Positions 49,901-58,222 are shown, counted from the first letter of the stretch. The stretch: DNA of 64,000 bases from Calditrichia bacterium (GCA_028284445.1 JANQRS010000068.1:205300-269299); one strand, 5' to 3'. Notes: a model not told the origin generated them from the sequence alone. A program made the numbers and translations.

Positions 49901-50686
49901 TTTGTAGGCATTCTGAATGATGCCGCGAACATCTCTTTCATGAAAGGTAACCGGAATCAGAATGGTGCTCATTAATCGATTGCCAAGACATCCCCAAAGG
50001 AAGAACACCAGTGCCGTAAGGGTTGCGCAGCACCACCAGGCCATCTTTTTCATCTCGAAAACAACATCGGTTTCCTGACCCGTCGGCAAGATAAAAATCG
50101 TTTCCGGCCGCCAGAGGAATTGATTCTGCCCGAGAATGCTCAGGAACCACAGTTCGATAAAAATGATGCCCAGCAGGATAATGAAGAGGGTTAGTGAATC
50201 AAACCAAAGCCAGCGATTGGGACGATTGCGGGATTGCGGTGCTTCCGCTGCGCGAATATCACGGAAGGCGCTGCGGTATAGCTTGAAAATTGACAAAATG
50301 AGGTAGCCCAGGCAGAATGCGGCTGCTAAAAAGCAGTAGATATAAAAATAGGTGGTAGCGGATTCTGTTTTGGAAAGGAAGTCGACAATCAGGTAGTGCG
50401 GAAAGAGTGCGACGATTAGCAGAATCAGCAGGGTGTTACGTGAATAGATCAGGGCATTTTCCAGCCCGGCCGGCCAATTTTTGATTGCCATCCAGGCCGG
50501 TATCCACAGTAGTGCCAGGAAGCCCATACAGAAGAGCAGGTGAGCAACGCCGGTCAGCACGTAGTGCCGCACCTGGATATCATCGAAAAGAACCACAGCG
50601 CAGACAGTGGATACGAGGGTGGTCGTCAGGCTTGGCAATAAGATCAGGTAGAGAAAGAAGCGGCGGATATCGCCTTTTTCCCGCAA
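46964..50686 (-). CDS. Large membrane protein with TrkA-N/RCK-like domains and uncharacterised C-terminus
   Basis: About 8 N-terminal TM helices; GHIVFLGFGSLGQRVV...VIVE...VIGEA; second Rossmann-like start RILIVGNNK; start codon uncertain. Confidence 0.75.
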   Translation of the reverse strand: MREKGDIRRFFLYLILLPSLTTTLVSTVCAVVLFDDIQVRHYVLTGVAHLLFCMGFLALLWIPAWMAIKNWPAGLENALIYSRNTLLILLIVALFPHYLIVDFLSKTESATTYFYIYCFLAAAFCLGYLILSIFKLYRSAFRDIRAAEAPQSRNRPNRWLWFDSLTLFIILLGIIFIELWFLSILGQNQFLWRPETIFILPTGQETDVVFEMKKMAWWCCATLTALVFFLWGCLGNRLMSTILIPVTFHERDVRGIIQNAYKYLRHFALALLLNKPVLVPGGLVLTFIFLFTPIVFVSVDQYQMLDTLTEADQIILAIGVFFAWFSNLVISAINPDVTFADYFNKRLSTQLMMVQGHIVFLGFGSLGQRVVEREVNQMLSGKNGDYFLEVVTPDIRIEMLSSHAVIVERRRDELIYAGENQTLGEYGVASTHRRIYKSRDPRGNIIHPESRILVPMVIGEANEASMPSRVNLERSRLIISMVPDEESVQAVFEQADRTNISTIMSVSRSDQISYLTYRARHRRIVLVYPKHNQGKTLGHKLWTAILKVRSLEKMPKNQWPRILIVGNNKANHYMVEHIWNSLPGSFEKKSALVQENIAFLAVAPDERIGYPVLKDKDNKDTFDLAWPQTFVTGGRFPDEADDVPEIDTINSPTRVVNQADSISIEACIREHQPQILVIDHDEIEHSSLLLARCVRALERLKTRQPSKFRLPLILLSTSLGDERERLILGDASRYYDALCKMHNELVALDTSYPAHARYDHYTSELVGETITDSLSDAEEIIAGARRTLSRAENSGINPQKLPHHEKQFVEISSCFPNRPGALANYMARLSGIDFVPPTMDLLEQLWQASAKDIRVPSFRHLRNITLDPAGNGFALSGYASLVPVRKDSPIFEAVAEETSRIVRTYVNDGRKHREKELDIAEMYGRSELEALQRRLDTHEKPQPPGVPEVLDRLTRRKCGEDSTITEFQQVMMDPDENGVSGKYACPGMTHCRISAYQDFVAGANNLRLNPQINRTGDSRLWHSQNYQCCSSMTQAKTEELPTPSSPYARIFCCGSNATHPGQISQVLNQLVFRGQPTYCSPSGDESDDWVLNVDYFQDASCQNSYFTLNRLFGFFQKKRPMKHQSDVPRHEIRLIRILPIGNLDAFREWYEYSRALCQFMNRETSEPLYQFYWMDEKRKRHDDLADQPSFNKEDRSSFPIVLVIKRREAVDTDLYYDLNRCRVCGVQDAENDCSNLRAWV

Positions 50687-50835
50687 TGGATATTGAAAAT
50701 CAGCGCTGATGCTTCACTCCTTCCTGGTGGTCTTGGGTATTAATATATCAAATGCTGTTGATTTTCGCACATGCCTTCGCTGATCGGTGTGTGTCTTTAT
50801 CTTTCCGCTCGTAGAGCACAATTCTGAATTTTTTC

Positions 50836-50990
50836 AAAACCTTTCGACACGGATTTCCACGGATGAACACCGATTCCGACAGATGATAGATAAGAAAAAA
50901 AGCTCTAAATGCTTGACAGGATCAACATGATTGACATGATAAGGATTCCCAAGCTTAACTACATCCTGTTGATCATGTAAATCCTGTCAA
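50836..50990. repeat. Composite repeat copy 1: 10-bp-period ACACGGAT array plus GACAGGAT...ATCCTGTC hairpin
   Basis: Aligns in direct orientation with 52946-53099. Confidence 0.8.
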
Positions 50991-51387
50991 AGTTCTCTTT
51001 AGAGAGGGCATGTTTTGCCGTAACCTTGTTAACGCGGTTGTCAGAAAGTGGTGTAAACAAAGTTGCCAATTGTCGAATTTGTCGAATCGATTTCTCTTCC
51101 TGCATACCATTCTTCCCAATTTTGCTTTTTGTGTTTTAAGTTATTTGTAAACAGTGGTTTGTGATCTTGTTGATTTGCGTTTTTTTGCGGCGTTTGTTGC
51201 TTTTGCGGCATTTGGCACCGGCGCAGGTATTCAAATTGCAGTAAGAACTGGCAACGAGGCATGATAGTGCTGAGGGAAAATATGAGGCATGTAATTTGAG
51301 GACGAATGTCTCGTGAAATTGTCAACACGATGGAGTGAGAACAACTAAATAGACCGTTTTCACTGATATTTGAGAAGGAGGATTCTC

Positions 51388-52515
51388 ATGATACGGCAGC
51401 TAAACTGGATGTTAAGCGGATTTCTGATGATGGCCTTTGTAATAGGCATGACGACAAATGGATTGTCCCAATCAGATCGTCCGGCGACGAAGCGCTCACG
51501 CGTTGAGTCCAAAGAAGATAAAAAGAAAACCACTCGCGGCCGATCCGTCATCGGCGCCAAGAAGCGCAGCAATGATGATGACAAGAAGGTCGTGCGACGA
51601 AATAGCGGCAACCGCAATAGCGAAGCCCGCCAGCGAAACGATCGCAGTCGAAATCGCGATACAAGACAGCGAAACGAGCGCCGCCGCAATAATGATGGCG
51701 TTCGCAATGATAAGCCGCAGCAGCGAAATGATCGCCACACCCGCTATGACCGCAATCAGGATCGGCGTGACAATCGCGATGCGCGTAATAATAGAAACAA
51801 CCGTGGACGTGACAACCGCAATGGTCGCATAGATCGTAATCGTCATCGCGATCACAATCGTGGCAAAAACCATGATCGCAGCCGTCGCTTCGAAAACCGT
51901 CATCATGATCGGGACCGCGGATATCATCACTACGATTGGCGCAAGGATTATCGTCGCTATCGCTGGAACCATCCGTACTGGAAGAAGCATCATCGTCCGC
52001 GGAAGAAGTATTACTATCGCTATGGTTGGTCGCCGTTTTTTAGCCTGACCTTGCGTCCCAGTATCCGCTTCAGCACCTATACAAGGCCGTTGATCAGAAG
52101 CAACAGTCATATCGTTTACACCAAAGAATATGATAGCTATGATTACGTGCCGGGTGATCCGATTGGATACGCAGTACACATAAGCTTTAACGGCCGGGTC
52201 CGTGTATACGATCGATACTACGATCAATCACCGGAGCTGGTAGATGAATACTATATCTCACACCGCAAGTTGCGTCGTCTTGAACGCATCCTGGATCGCG
52301 GTCGCTACTACGACTACGAACATTGCCTGCTGGACGAATATGGCGATGATGATCATCCGGGATACGCAACAATAGGTTACCGTACCTCTCGATATCGTCC
52401 GATGCGCACGGTATCACTCAACTTGTCCGCACCCCGGCGTCACCAACCGGAGTATTTTGTGGACTTCAATGAAGAAATCGAGGAAATGTTATACGACCGT
52501 GGTTTCTTTCAGTAA
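51388..52515 (+). CDS. Secreted low-complexity (R/D/N/H-rich) protein with a globular C-terminal domain
   Basis: SD AAGGAGG, signal peptide, long R/N/D/H-rich tract, Y-rich C-terminus, terminator-like hairpin after the stop. Confidence 0.8.
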   Translation: MIRQLNWMLSGFLMMAFVIGMTTNGLSQSDRPATKRSRVESKEDKKKTTRGRSVIGAKKRSNDDDKKVVRRNSGNRNSEARQRNDRSRNRDTRQRNERRRNNDGVRNDKPQQRNDRHTRYDRNQDRRDNRDARNNRNNRGRDNRNGRIDRNRHRDHNRGKNHDRSRRFENRHHDRDRGYHHYDWRKDYRRYRWNHPYWKKHHRPRKKYYYRYGWSPFFSLTLRPSIRFSTYTRPLIRSNSHIVYTKEYDSYDYVPGDPIGYAVHISFNGRVRVYDRYYDQSPELVDEYYISHRKLRRLERILDRGRYYDYEHCLLDEYGDDDHPGYATIGYRTSRYRPMRTVSLNLSAPRRHQPEYFVDFNEEIEEMLYDRGFFQ

Positions 52516-52522
52516 CACCGCA

Positions 52523-52562
52523 GCCCTTCGGCCGGACCACCGACCCCGGCCGGAGGGCATTT
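52523..52562 (+). terminator. GC-rich hairpin after the low-complexity gene
   Basis: GCCCTTCGGCCGG...CCGGCCGGAGGGC followed by ATTT (weak U-tail). Confidence 0.55.
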
Positions 52563-52778
52563 AAAAACAATTTCCCGGCTACGGGATGATATAGATAGAG
52601 CTCGACTGACCGTCGCTCGACAACAACAAGGAACGGCACTCACTGCCTGTAGATAGCATTCAGAATTGGAATTTTTGGCAGCATCAGTTCATCCAAACTG
52701 TGAATGACATCCGGGCGGTGAGTGCCAGGTTGGTTTCTACAAACACAATCACACCGACAAAACATTAGTGAGGGCATC

Positions 52779-52940
52779 ATGAAAAAACCATTGGGATTTA
52801 TCCTGTTTAGTTATTTTCTGTTTTGGCTGGTTGGCATTGTTGTTTTGGGAATCAGCAAGCCGGAGAAGGGTATGGAAATGACCCCTGCTTCCAAGGCCAG
52901 CAGCAGTGTTTCGAAGTGGATAAAGTCGATTAAAAATTAA
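52779..52940 (+). CDS. Small single-TM protein (53 aa)
   Basis: GAGGG before ATG; MKKPLGFILFSYFLFWLVGIVVLGISK then a basic tail. Confidence 0.5.
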   Translation: MKKPLGFILFSYFLFWLVGIVVLGISKPEKGMEMTPASKASSSVSKWIKSIKN

Positions 52941-52945
52941 GGATT

Positions 52946-53135
52946 AAAACCCTTCGACACAGATGCACACGGATTTTCACAGATTTACACAGATGATAGG
53001 CAAGAAGGAAGAAAAAGAATTTCGACAGGATCAACAGGATTGTCATGATAAAGACCTCCGATCAGAATTTTATCCTGTTGATCCTGTAAATCCTGTCAAT
53101 TCTTTTTTCTGGGTTTATTCGTGAAAATCAGTGTT
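52946..53135. repeat. Composite repeat copy 2
   Basis: AAAACCCTTCGACACAGATGCACACGGATTTTCACAGATTTACACAGATGATAG...GACAGGATCAACAGGAT...ATCCTGTTGATCCTGTAAATCCTGTC. Confidence 0.8.
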
Positions 53136-53223
53136 GATGGGTTTTATTTTTGTAGTGTCTTTTTGTACGAATTGACCTAATTTCTTTCCAGTATTCATAT
53201 CAAAGAAACGATGGTTGGACACT

Positions 53224-53487
53224 ATGAAGACCTACACCCCTATTGATTGTAACTACTACGACCGTCTTGAGGCTTTGGCAACAATGGCCAGGGTTGCCCG
53301 CATTGAATATCGAACCGACAGCGACGATACCGAAACGGTTGATGACATTATTGTTAACGTTTTCTCACGGAATGGCGCAGAATATATCTCCCTGAAAAGC
53401 GGCCTGGAAATTCGACTGGATTACCTCATTGCCGTTGATGGCCACATCAATCCGGCGGATCCATCCTGTCAGGTGCCAAAGCGATGA
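53224..53487 (+). CDS. rof: Rho-binding antiterminator Rof/YaeO-like protein
   Basis: YTPIDCNYYDRLEALA...EYI...EIRLDYL pattern, 87 aa. Confidence 0.8.
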   Translation: MKTYTPIDCNYYDRLEALATMARVARIEYRTDSDDTETVDDIIVNVFSRNGAEYISLKSGLEIRLDYLIAVDGHINPADPSCQVPKR

Positions 53488-54041
53488 TTCGATCATTGCG
53501 ACGCCGTGTTATACGCAAGATGCTGGGAACTTATAAACGGCGCATACAAGAAAATGTGCAACTGGATGTCGCCCACTGCCTAATGGCTGCGGCTAATATT
53601 GTTGACAAAAATCAATATGGTTTTTTGACGACCTACGGCAAAGAACCATGGCCCAACACTCGCCTTGTTCAACCAATTATTGACGAACAATTCACCTTTT
53701 GGATCGGCACCAATCCCGACCTTCGCAAGGTTGCTGAAGTCAAAGAAAATCCCCATGTCACCTTTGCTTTCCAGGACAATAAGCGCCAGGCAAATTTGAT
53801 CCTGCAAGGAAAGGCGACGATCGTTGACGATCTTGAGCTGCGCCGTAAATACTGGAAGGGAGAATGGCAGCTGTTTTTCCCCGGTGGCTCGCAATCAGAT
53901 GAATACATCCTGATTCGGATCGATGTAGAAAAAATGGAGCTGATGAGCTTCGAAGACAATGTTGTGCCGGAACCCTTTGGCCTTAAGCCGGTGAAGCTCA
54001 TAAAGCAAAATGGTGAATGGCAAACGACGAATGTCGAATGA
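53484..54041 (+). CDS. Pyridoxamine 5'-phosphate oxidase-like FMN-binding protein (general stress protein 26-like)
   Basis: P.TR, WIGT....RKV.EV..NP.V and YW...W..FFPGG motifs. Confidence 0.85.
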   Translation: MIRSLRRRVIRKMLGTYKRRIQENVQLDVAHCLMAAANIVDKNQYGFLTTYGKEPWPNTRLVQPIIDEQFTFWIGTNPDLRKVAEVKENPHVTFAFQDNKRQANLILQGKATIVDDLELRRKYWKGEWQLFFPGGSQSDEYILIRIDVEKMELMSFEDNVVPEPFGLKPVKLIKQNGEWQTTNVE

Positions 54042-54175
54042 AGATTGCAGAGTGAAGAATGACTTTTTCATCTCACCTATTGAATACGGCGTAGCCGTTA
54101 CAGATTCTAGCCCCGGGTTTCTTTTCTACCCGGGGAGGAATTGCAAACGACGAATGTCGAATGAAAAATGCAGAG
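54020..54175. repeat. REP-like family B element (54087-54135) bracketed by a 23-bp exact direct repeat
   Basis: GCAAACGACGAATGTCGAATGAA at 54020-54042 and 54143-54165. Confidence 0.8.
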
Positions 54176-54913
54176 GAATATCCATTGTCAATCCTGGTCG
54201 TAGGCGCTAGTGGAGCCACAGGGCGTTTACTCGTAAAGCGATTGGTTGATCGCGGAAAGAGCGTCAAGATTATTGTCCGTTCTGCGGATGCCTTACCTGA
54301 ACTTCTGCGCAGCAACAAGAATATTTCCATTATTCAGGCCAGCCTGTTAAGTTTAAGCGATACGGAATTGCAAAATCATGTCAGCGGATGTGAAGCCGTG
54401 GCTTCATGCCTGGGCCACAATCTCACATTTAAGGGTGTTTTTGGTGCGCCGCGAATGCTTGTCACCGAAGCAACGCGGCGGCTTTGCCTCGCTATCAAGT
54501 CGCACTCACCAATGCAGCCGGTGAAGTTTGTTTTGATGAATACAACCGGTAATAGAAATCGCGATCTGGCGGAAAAGGTTTCATTTGCGCAGCGGCTGGT
54601 TGTGGGGCTCATTCGTATATTGCTGCCACCACACCGTGATAATGAGAACGCGGCAGATTACCTGCGAGTAGAAATTGGTCAAAACGATAATGCTATCGAG
54701 TGGGCTGTCGTCCGACCGGATGGTTTGATTGACGAGGAATTGGTAACAGACTACGATATCCATCCATCGCCTATTCGGAGCGCAATTTTTGATGCCGGAA
54801 AAACAAGCCGCATCAACGTTGGTGATTTCATGGCTGAACTCATAACAAATAGAGATACCTGGAATACATGGAAAGGCCGGATGCCGGTGATTTATAATAG
54901 GGTTCAACCTTAG
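54161..54913 (+). CDS. NAD(P)H-binding oxidoreductase (atypical SDR / flavin reductase-like)
   Basis: LVVGASGATG, EWAVVRPDGL and SRINVGDFM motifs. Confidence 0.88.
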   Translation: MKNAEEYPLSILVVGASGATGRLLVKRLVDRGKSVKIIVRSADALPELLRSNKNISIIQASLLSLSDTELQNHVSGCEAVASCLGHNLTFKGVFGAPRMLVTEATRRLCLAIKSHSPMQPVKFVLMNTTGNRNRDLAEKVSFAQRLVVGLIRILLPPHRDNENAADYLRVEIGQNDNAIEWAVVRPDGLIDEELVTDYDIHPSPIRSAIFDAGKTSRINVGDFMAELITNRDTWNTWKGRMPVIYNRVQP

Positions 54914-54919
54914 GACGTC

Positions 54920-55696
54920 GTGACAGATCAAAATTCCAATACTGGCAAACAATCCGGGGCAACCCAGATGCAATTCCTGCTGCTTGCTATTCTGTTTGGG
55001 GCAACAATTGCTGCTCAACTGATTAGCCTTGCCTTCGGTCGAGCCGATGCTGAGCAAAGCTTTGCTTCGATGATTTTGCCAAGTGTTATTTTCCTGAGCG
55101 TGGTTACTTTACCGTCGATTTGGGTTGGTATTCGCCTGGGCCGTCCAATCGGTCTTGGAACGCCTTTGATTGAAGCTTTATTGTCGAAGCAGCCGGGTGC
55201 TTACCGACAATTGGTCAAGGATGCTGTATTGGCTGGTATACTTGGTTTGTTGGTGGGCGGATTGATTCTGCTAATCAGGGTATTCAGCGAACCGTATCTT
55301 CCAGCTGAACTTCCTGCTTTCGGACATCGCGGCGTAATTGGTGGCCTGGCAGTCTCATTGGGAGCGGCCGTGGCAGAAGAAGTCTGGTTTCGGCTGGGTT
55401 TGATGACATTGCTGGTATGGTCAGTGGCACGTATGGCCGGACAGCTGGAACCACGGCCAATTGTTGTCTGGTCAATCATTTTTGTTGCCGCAGTGGGGTT
55501 TGGCATGGCCCACTTGCCGCAGCTGATGTCTTATGGCGCTGCCTCACCCTTTGCTATCGGAGGAACAATTTTCGGGAACAGCCTCGTTGGCATGCTTTAC
55601 GGCTGGTGCTATTGGCGAAGGGGGCTTATCGCTGCGATAGTGGCACACTTTTCCGTGGATGTGGTGCTTCACGTGCTGCCGGCACTTGCCGGATGA
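54920..55696 (+). CDS. CPBP/Abi family intramembrane metalloprotease
   Basis: AEEVWFR, FGMAH and AIVAH motifs within TM helices. Confidence 0.9.
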   Translation: MTDQNSNTGKQSGATQMQFLLLAILFGATIAAQLISLAFGRADAEQSFASMILPSVIFLSVVTLPSIWVGIRLGRPIGLGTPLIEALLSKQPGAYRQLVKDAVLAGILGLLVGGLILLIRVFSEPYLPAELPAFGHRGVIGGLAVSLGAAVAEEVWFRLGLMTLLVWSVARMAGQLEPRPIVVWSIIFVAAVGFGMAHLPQLMSYGAASPFAIGGTIFGNSLVGMLYGWCYWRRGLIAAIVAHFSVDVVLHVLPALAG

Positions 55697-55817
55697 ATAT
55701 TGCCCGTGTTAAATCCAGGTGCTGAATAGTGTAGTCATAACTTCTATTTCTTACCCGCAATGAAATAGAAAATTTGAAATGAAGTATCAATTTTGATCGT
55801 GGGAAGCAAAAATAAAG

Positions 55818-55846
55818 TTGCGATCTGTAGTTGTATATGCTATCAT
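55818..55846 (+). promoter_or_regulatory. Sigma70-type promoter of the PIN toxin-antitoxin pair
   Basis: TTGCGA-17 nt-TATCAT with extended -10 TGn. Confidence 0.55.
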
Positions 55847-55851
55847 TGTCT

Positions 55852-56286
55852 ATGGTGATTACTGTAGATACAAATGTGATTTTTTCAGCCCTTTATAGCA
55901 AGAAAGGCGCCTCACATGCGATTCTCCGACTAATTTTGGAAGAAAAGTTGAAATTAGCAGTCTCTGTACCTGTCTACTTTGAATACTATGATGTATTGAG
56001 CAGGAAAGAGCTGATGTCGAAGCTTCCCTTTACGGCATCCGAATTAGAGGATGTGCTGGATTTATTGGCATTGCTTGCACAAAAGAATTCCATCTATTTT
56101 CTGCTCAGACCCAATCTGCCTGATGAAAAAGATAATATTTTTGTAGAGTGTGCTTTTGCTAGCAATAGCAAATATTTGATCACCTCAAATATAAAGGATT
56201 TTAAGATGTCGGAACTCAAAGGAATGGCGTTCAGCGTAGTTACGCCAGGAGAATTTATTCGAAATTGGCGGGGTAAAAATGAATAG
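55852..56286 (+). CDS. PIN-domain toxin of a putative type II TA system
   Basis: VDTNVIFSAL, EY..VL.R, PDEKDN.FVECA and LITSNIKDF motifs. Confidence 0.9.
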   Translation: MVITVDTNVIFSALYSKKGASHAILRLILEEKLKLAVSVPVYFEYYDVLSRKELMSKLPFTASELEDVLDLLALLAQKNSIYFLLRPNLPDEKDNIFVECAFASNSKYLITSNIKDFKMSELKGMAFSVVTPGEFIRNWRGKNE

Positions 56287-56539
56287 AACGCAAGTAGTCA
56301 CATTAAGAATGCCCAAAGAACTAAAGAAGCGATTAGAGCAAGAGGCTCAGCATCAGGGAGTATCATTAAATCAATTGACAAACTATTTGCTCAATATTCA
56401 GTTGACGCAATTAGAGATGCTGTCCAGCCTTGAGAAAAGACTTGCAAGCAAGAATCTCAAAGACCTAAAAGAAAAGGTGCATTTACTACTGGATCGCGTC
56501 CCTGATCGGGATGTCCCGGAATGGGATCGAGTTGACTAA
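56279..56539 (+). CDS. Ribbon-helix-helix (HicB-like) antitoxin
   Basis: VTLRMPKELKKRL...A..QGVSLNQL; overlaps the PIN gene stop; ends DVPEWD. Confidence 0.82.
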   Translation: MNRTQVVTLRMPKELKKRLEQEAQHQGVSLNQLTNYLLNIQLTQLEMLSSLEKRLASKNLKDLKEKVHLLLDRVPDRDVPEWDRVD

Positions 56540-56659
56540 CAGCTTTGCCCGAGAACTTCCAGTAAAAGGAAAGCCTCTCTGGACAACGCCGCCGATTAGA
56601 ATAGCTTAAAGGAGTGGTTTATGCTCTCGCGAGACATGCCAATCCCAAGGAGGATACCA

Positions 56660-58222
56660 ATGAATGCTCGCAAATTCGGATTTGCTCATTGTTTCGGAAT
56701 GCCCTTTTGGTATATGGCAATGGTCATTGCTTTGCTGTCGCTTCCGGGATGTTCTTCTCAAAAAGAAGCAGAGCTGATCAAACATCCCAATGTGCTTTTC
56801 ATTTCTATCGATGACCTGAATGATTGGGTAGAGCCACTGGCCGGAAATAGTCAGGCCCTTACACCCTCGCTGGATCGTTTCTCCAAAATGAGTGTCAATT
56901 TTACCCGAAATTACGCACCCAGTCCCGGTTGCAATCCCTCTCGCTCTGCCATGTTGACCGGCCTGCATACCTATAGCTCCGGCATGTATTCCAATTACCA
57001 GGACTGGCGGAACGTCCCGAAACTACAGGAAGTGCAAACGATTGGTCAGCACTTCCGTAATAACGGCTATTACACTGCCGGGGCCGGTAAGATCTTTCAT
57101 TACAGCCAGGTTGATACCCTTGGCTGGGATGACTATTATCCCAGCATCAAGAACCCCATGCCGCAGGAGCATTTTCCTGAAAAGCGACCCGCCAATATGC
57201 CGCCGTTCAAATACATGTATAATATGTTTGACTGGGGGCCACTAACTATTTCAGATGAAGAAACTGCTGACTTTGAGTCGGTCAATTACATCTCCCGGCA
57301 GCTCGAAAAAGCACATGACAAACCCTTCTTTCTGGCAGCAGGTATCTACCGCCCGCACCTGCCGTGGCATGCACCTCAGAAATACTTCGATAAATTTCCA
57401 TTGGAATCCATAAAAAAGCCTAAGCTGTTAGAAAATGACATTTCGGACCTCGGCCCGGTCGCTAAAGAGATTATCACGCGCGGCGGCAATTACCACAAAC
57501 ATGTTGTGGAAGCCGGACAATGGAAAAAAGCGATCCAGGGCTATTTGGCCTCCATTGCCTATGCCGATGCGATGGTCGGCAGATTATTGCAAGCGCTGGA
57601 AGCGAGTCCGCATGCCGACAATACCATTGTTGTGATTTGGTCAGACCACGGTTGGCAGCTTGGCGAAAAAGAACATTGGCGGAAATTTGCGCTTTGGGAA
57701 AATGTGCTCCGCACTGTTATGATGATCAAGGTGCCCGAGGGGCTGGAAAAAATGCCGCAAGGCTCAGCAAACGGCATCCCCACCAGTAATCTGACGTCGT
57801 TGCTGGATATCTACCCAACGCTGGTAGATCTCTGTAACCTCCCGGGAAGAAGCGATTTCGATGGCGTCAGTTTGCGCTCAATGCTGACGAATCCCCAGGA
57901 AAATGTCGCCAGACCGATTATCAGCACTTATGACTATGGCAGCTTCTCCATCCGTTATGAAAACTGGCACTACATCAAATATATCGACGATTCAGAGGAA
58001 CTATATAACCTGGAAGATGATCCTGAAGAATGGCATAATCTGGCTATGAATGAAGGCTTGGCAGATATAAAAAATCAGCTGGCTGGATTCATTCCGGAAA
58101 ATCCAATCGATCTACCCGAGGTCTCTTTAATTGAACTGATGGAGCATCACGTGCCGCCGTTCCGATCAAAGGAGTATTTTTTCAGCCAGGAAAGACAGGA
58201 TTGGATGAAGCGGTTTGAGTGA
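56660..58222 (+). CDS. Cys-type sulfatase (lipoprotein; iduronate/choline sulfatase-like)
   Basis: PNVLFISIDDL, CNPSR..LTG, GKIFH, RPHLP and SDHG motifs; SD AAGGAGG. Confidence 0.93.
   Translation: MNARKFGFAHCFGMPFWYMAMVIALLSLPGCSSQKEAELIKHPNVLFISIDDLNDWVEPLAGNSQALTPSLDRFSKMSVNFTRNYAPSPGCNPSRSAMLTGLHTYSSGMYSNYQDWRNVPKLQEVQTIGQHFRNNGYYTAGAGKIFHYSQVDTLGWDDYYPSIKNPMPQEHFPEKRPANMPPFKYMYNMFDWGPLTISDEETADFESVNYISRQLEKAHDKPFFLAAGIYRPHLPWHAPQKYFDKFPLESIKKPKLLENDISDLGPVAKEIITRGGNYHKHVVEAGQWKKAIQGYLASIAYADAMVGRLLQALEASPHADNTIVVIWSDHGWQLGEKEHWRKFALWENVLRTVMMIKVPEGLEKMPQGSANGIPTSNLTSLLDIYPTLVDLCNLPGRSDFDGVSLRSMLTNPQENVARPIISTYDYGSFSIRYENWHYIKYIDDSEELYNLEDDPEEWHNLAMNEGLADIKNQLAGFIPENPIDLPEVSLIELMEHHVPPFRSKEYFFSQERQDWMKRFE

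Noticed and set aside
50846..53099. 10-bp and 9-bp period arrays as CRISPR repeats
   Set aside because: The units are contiguous with no unique spacers, and there are no cas genes
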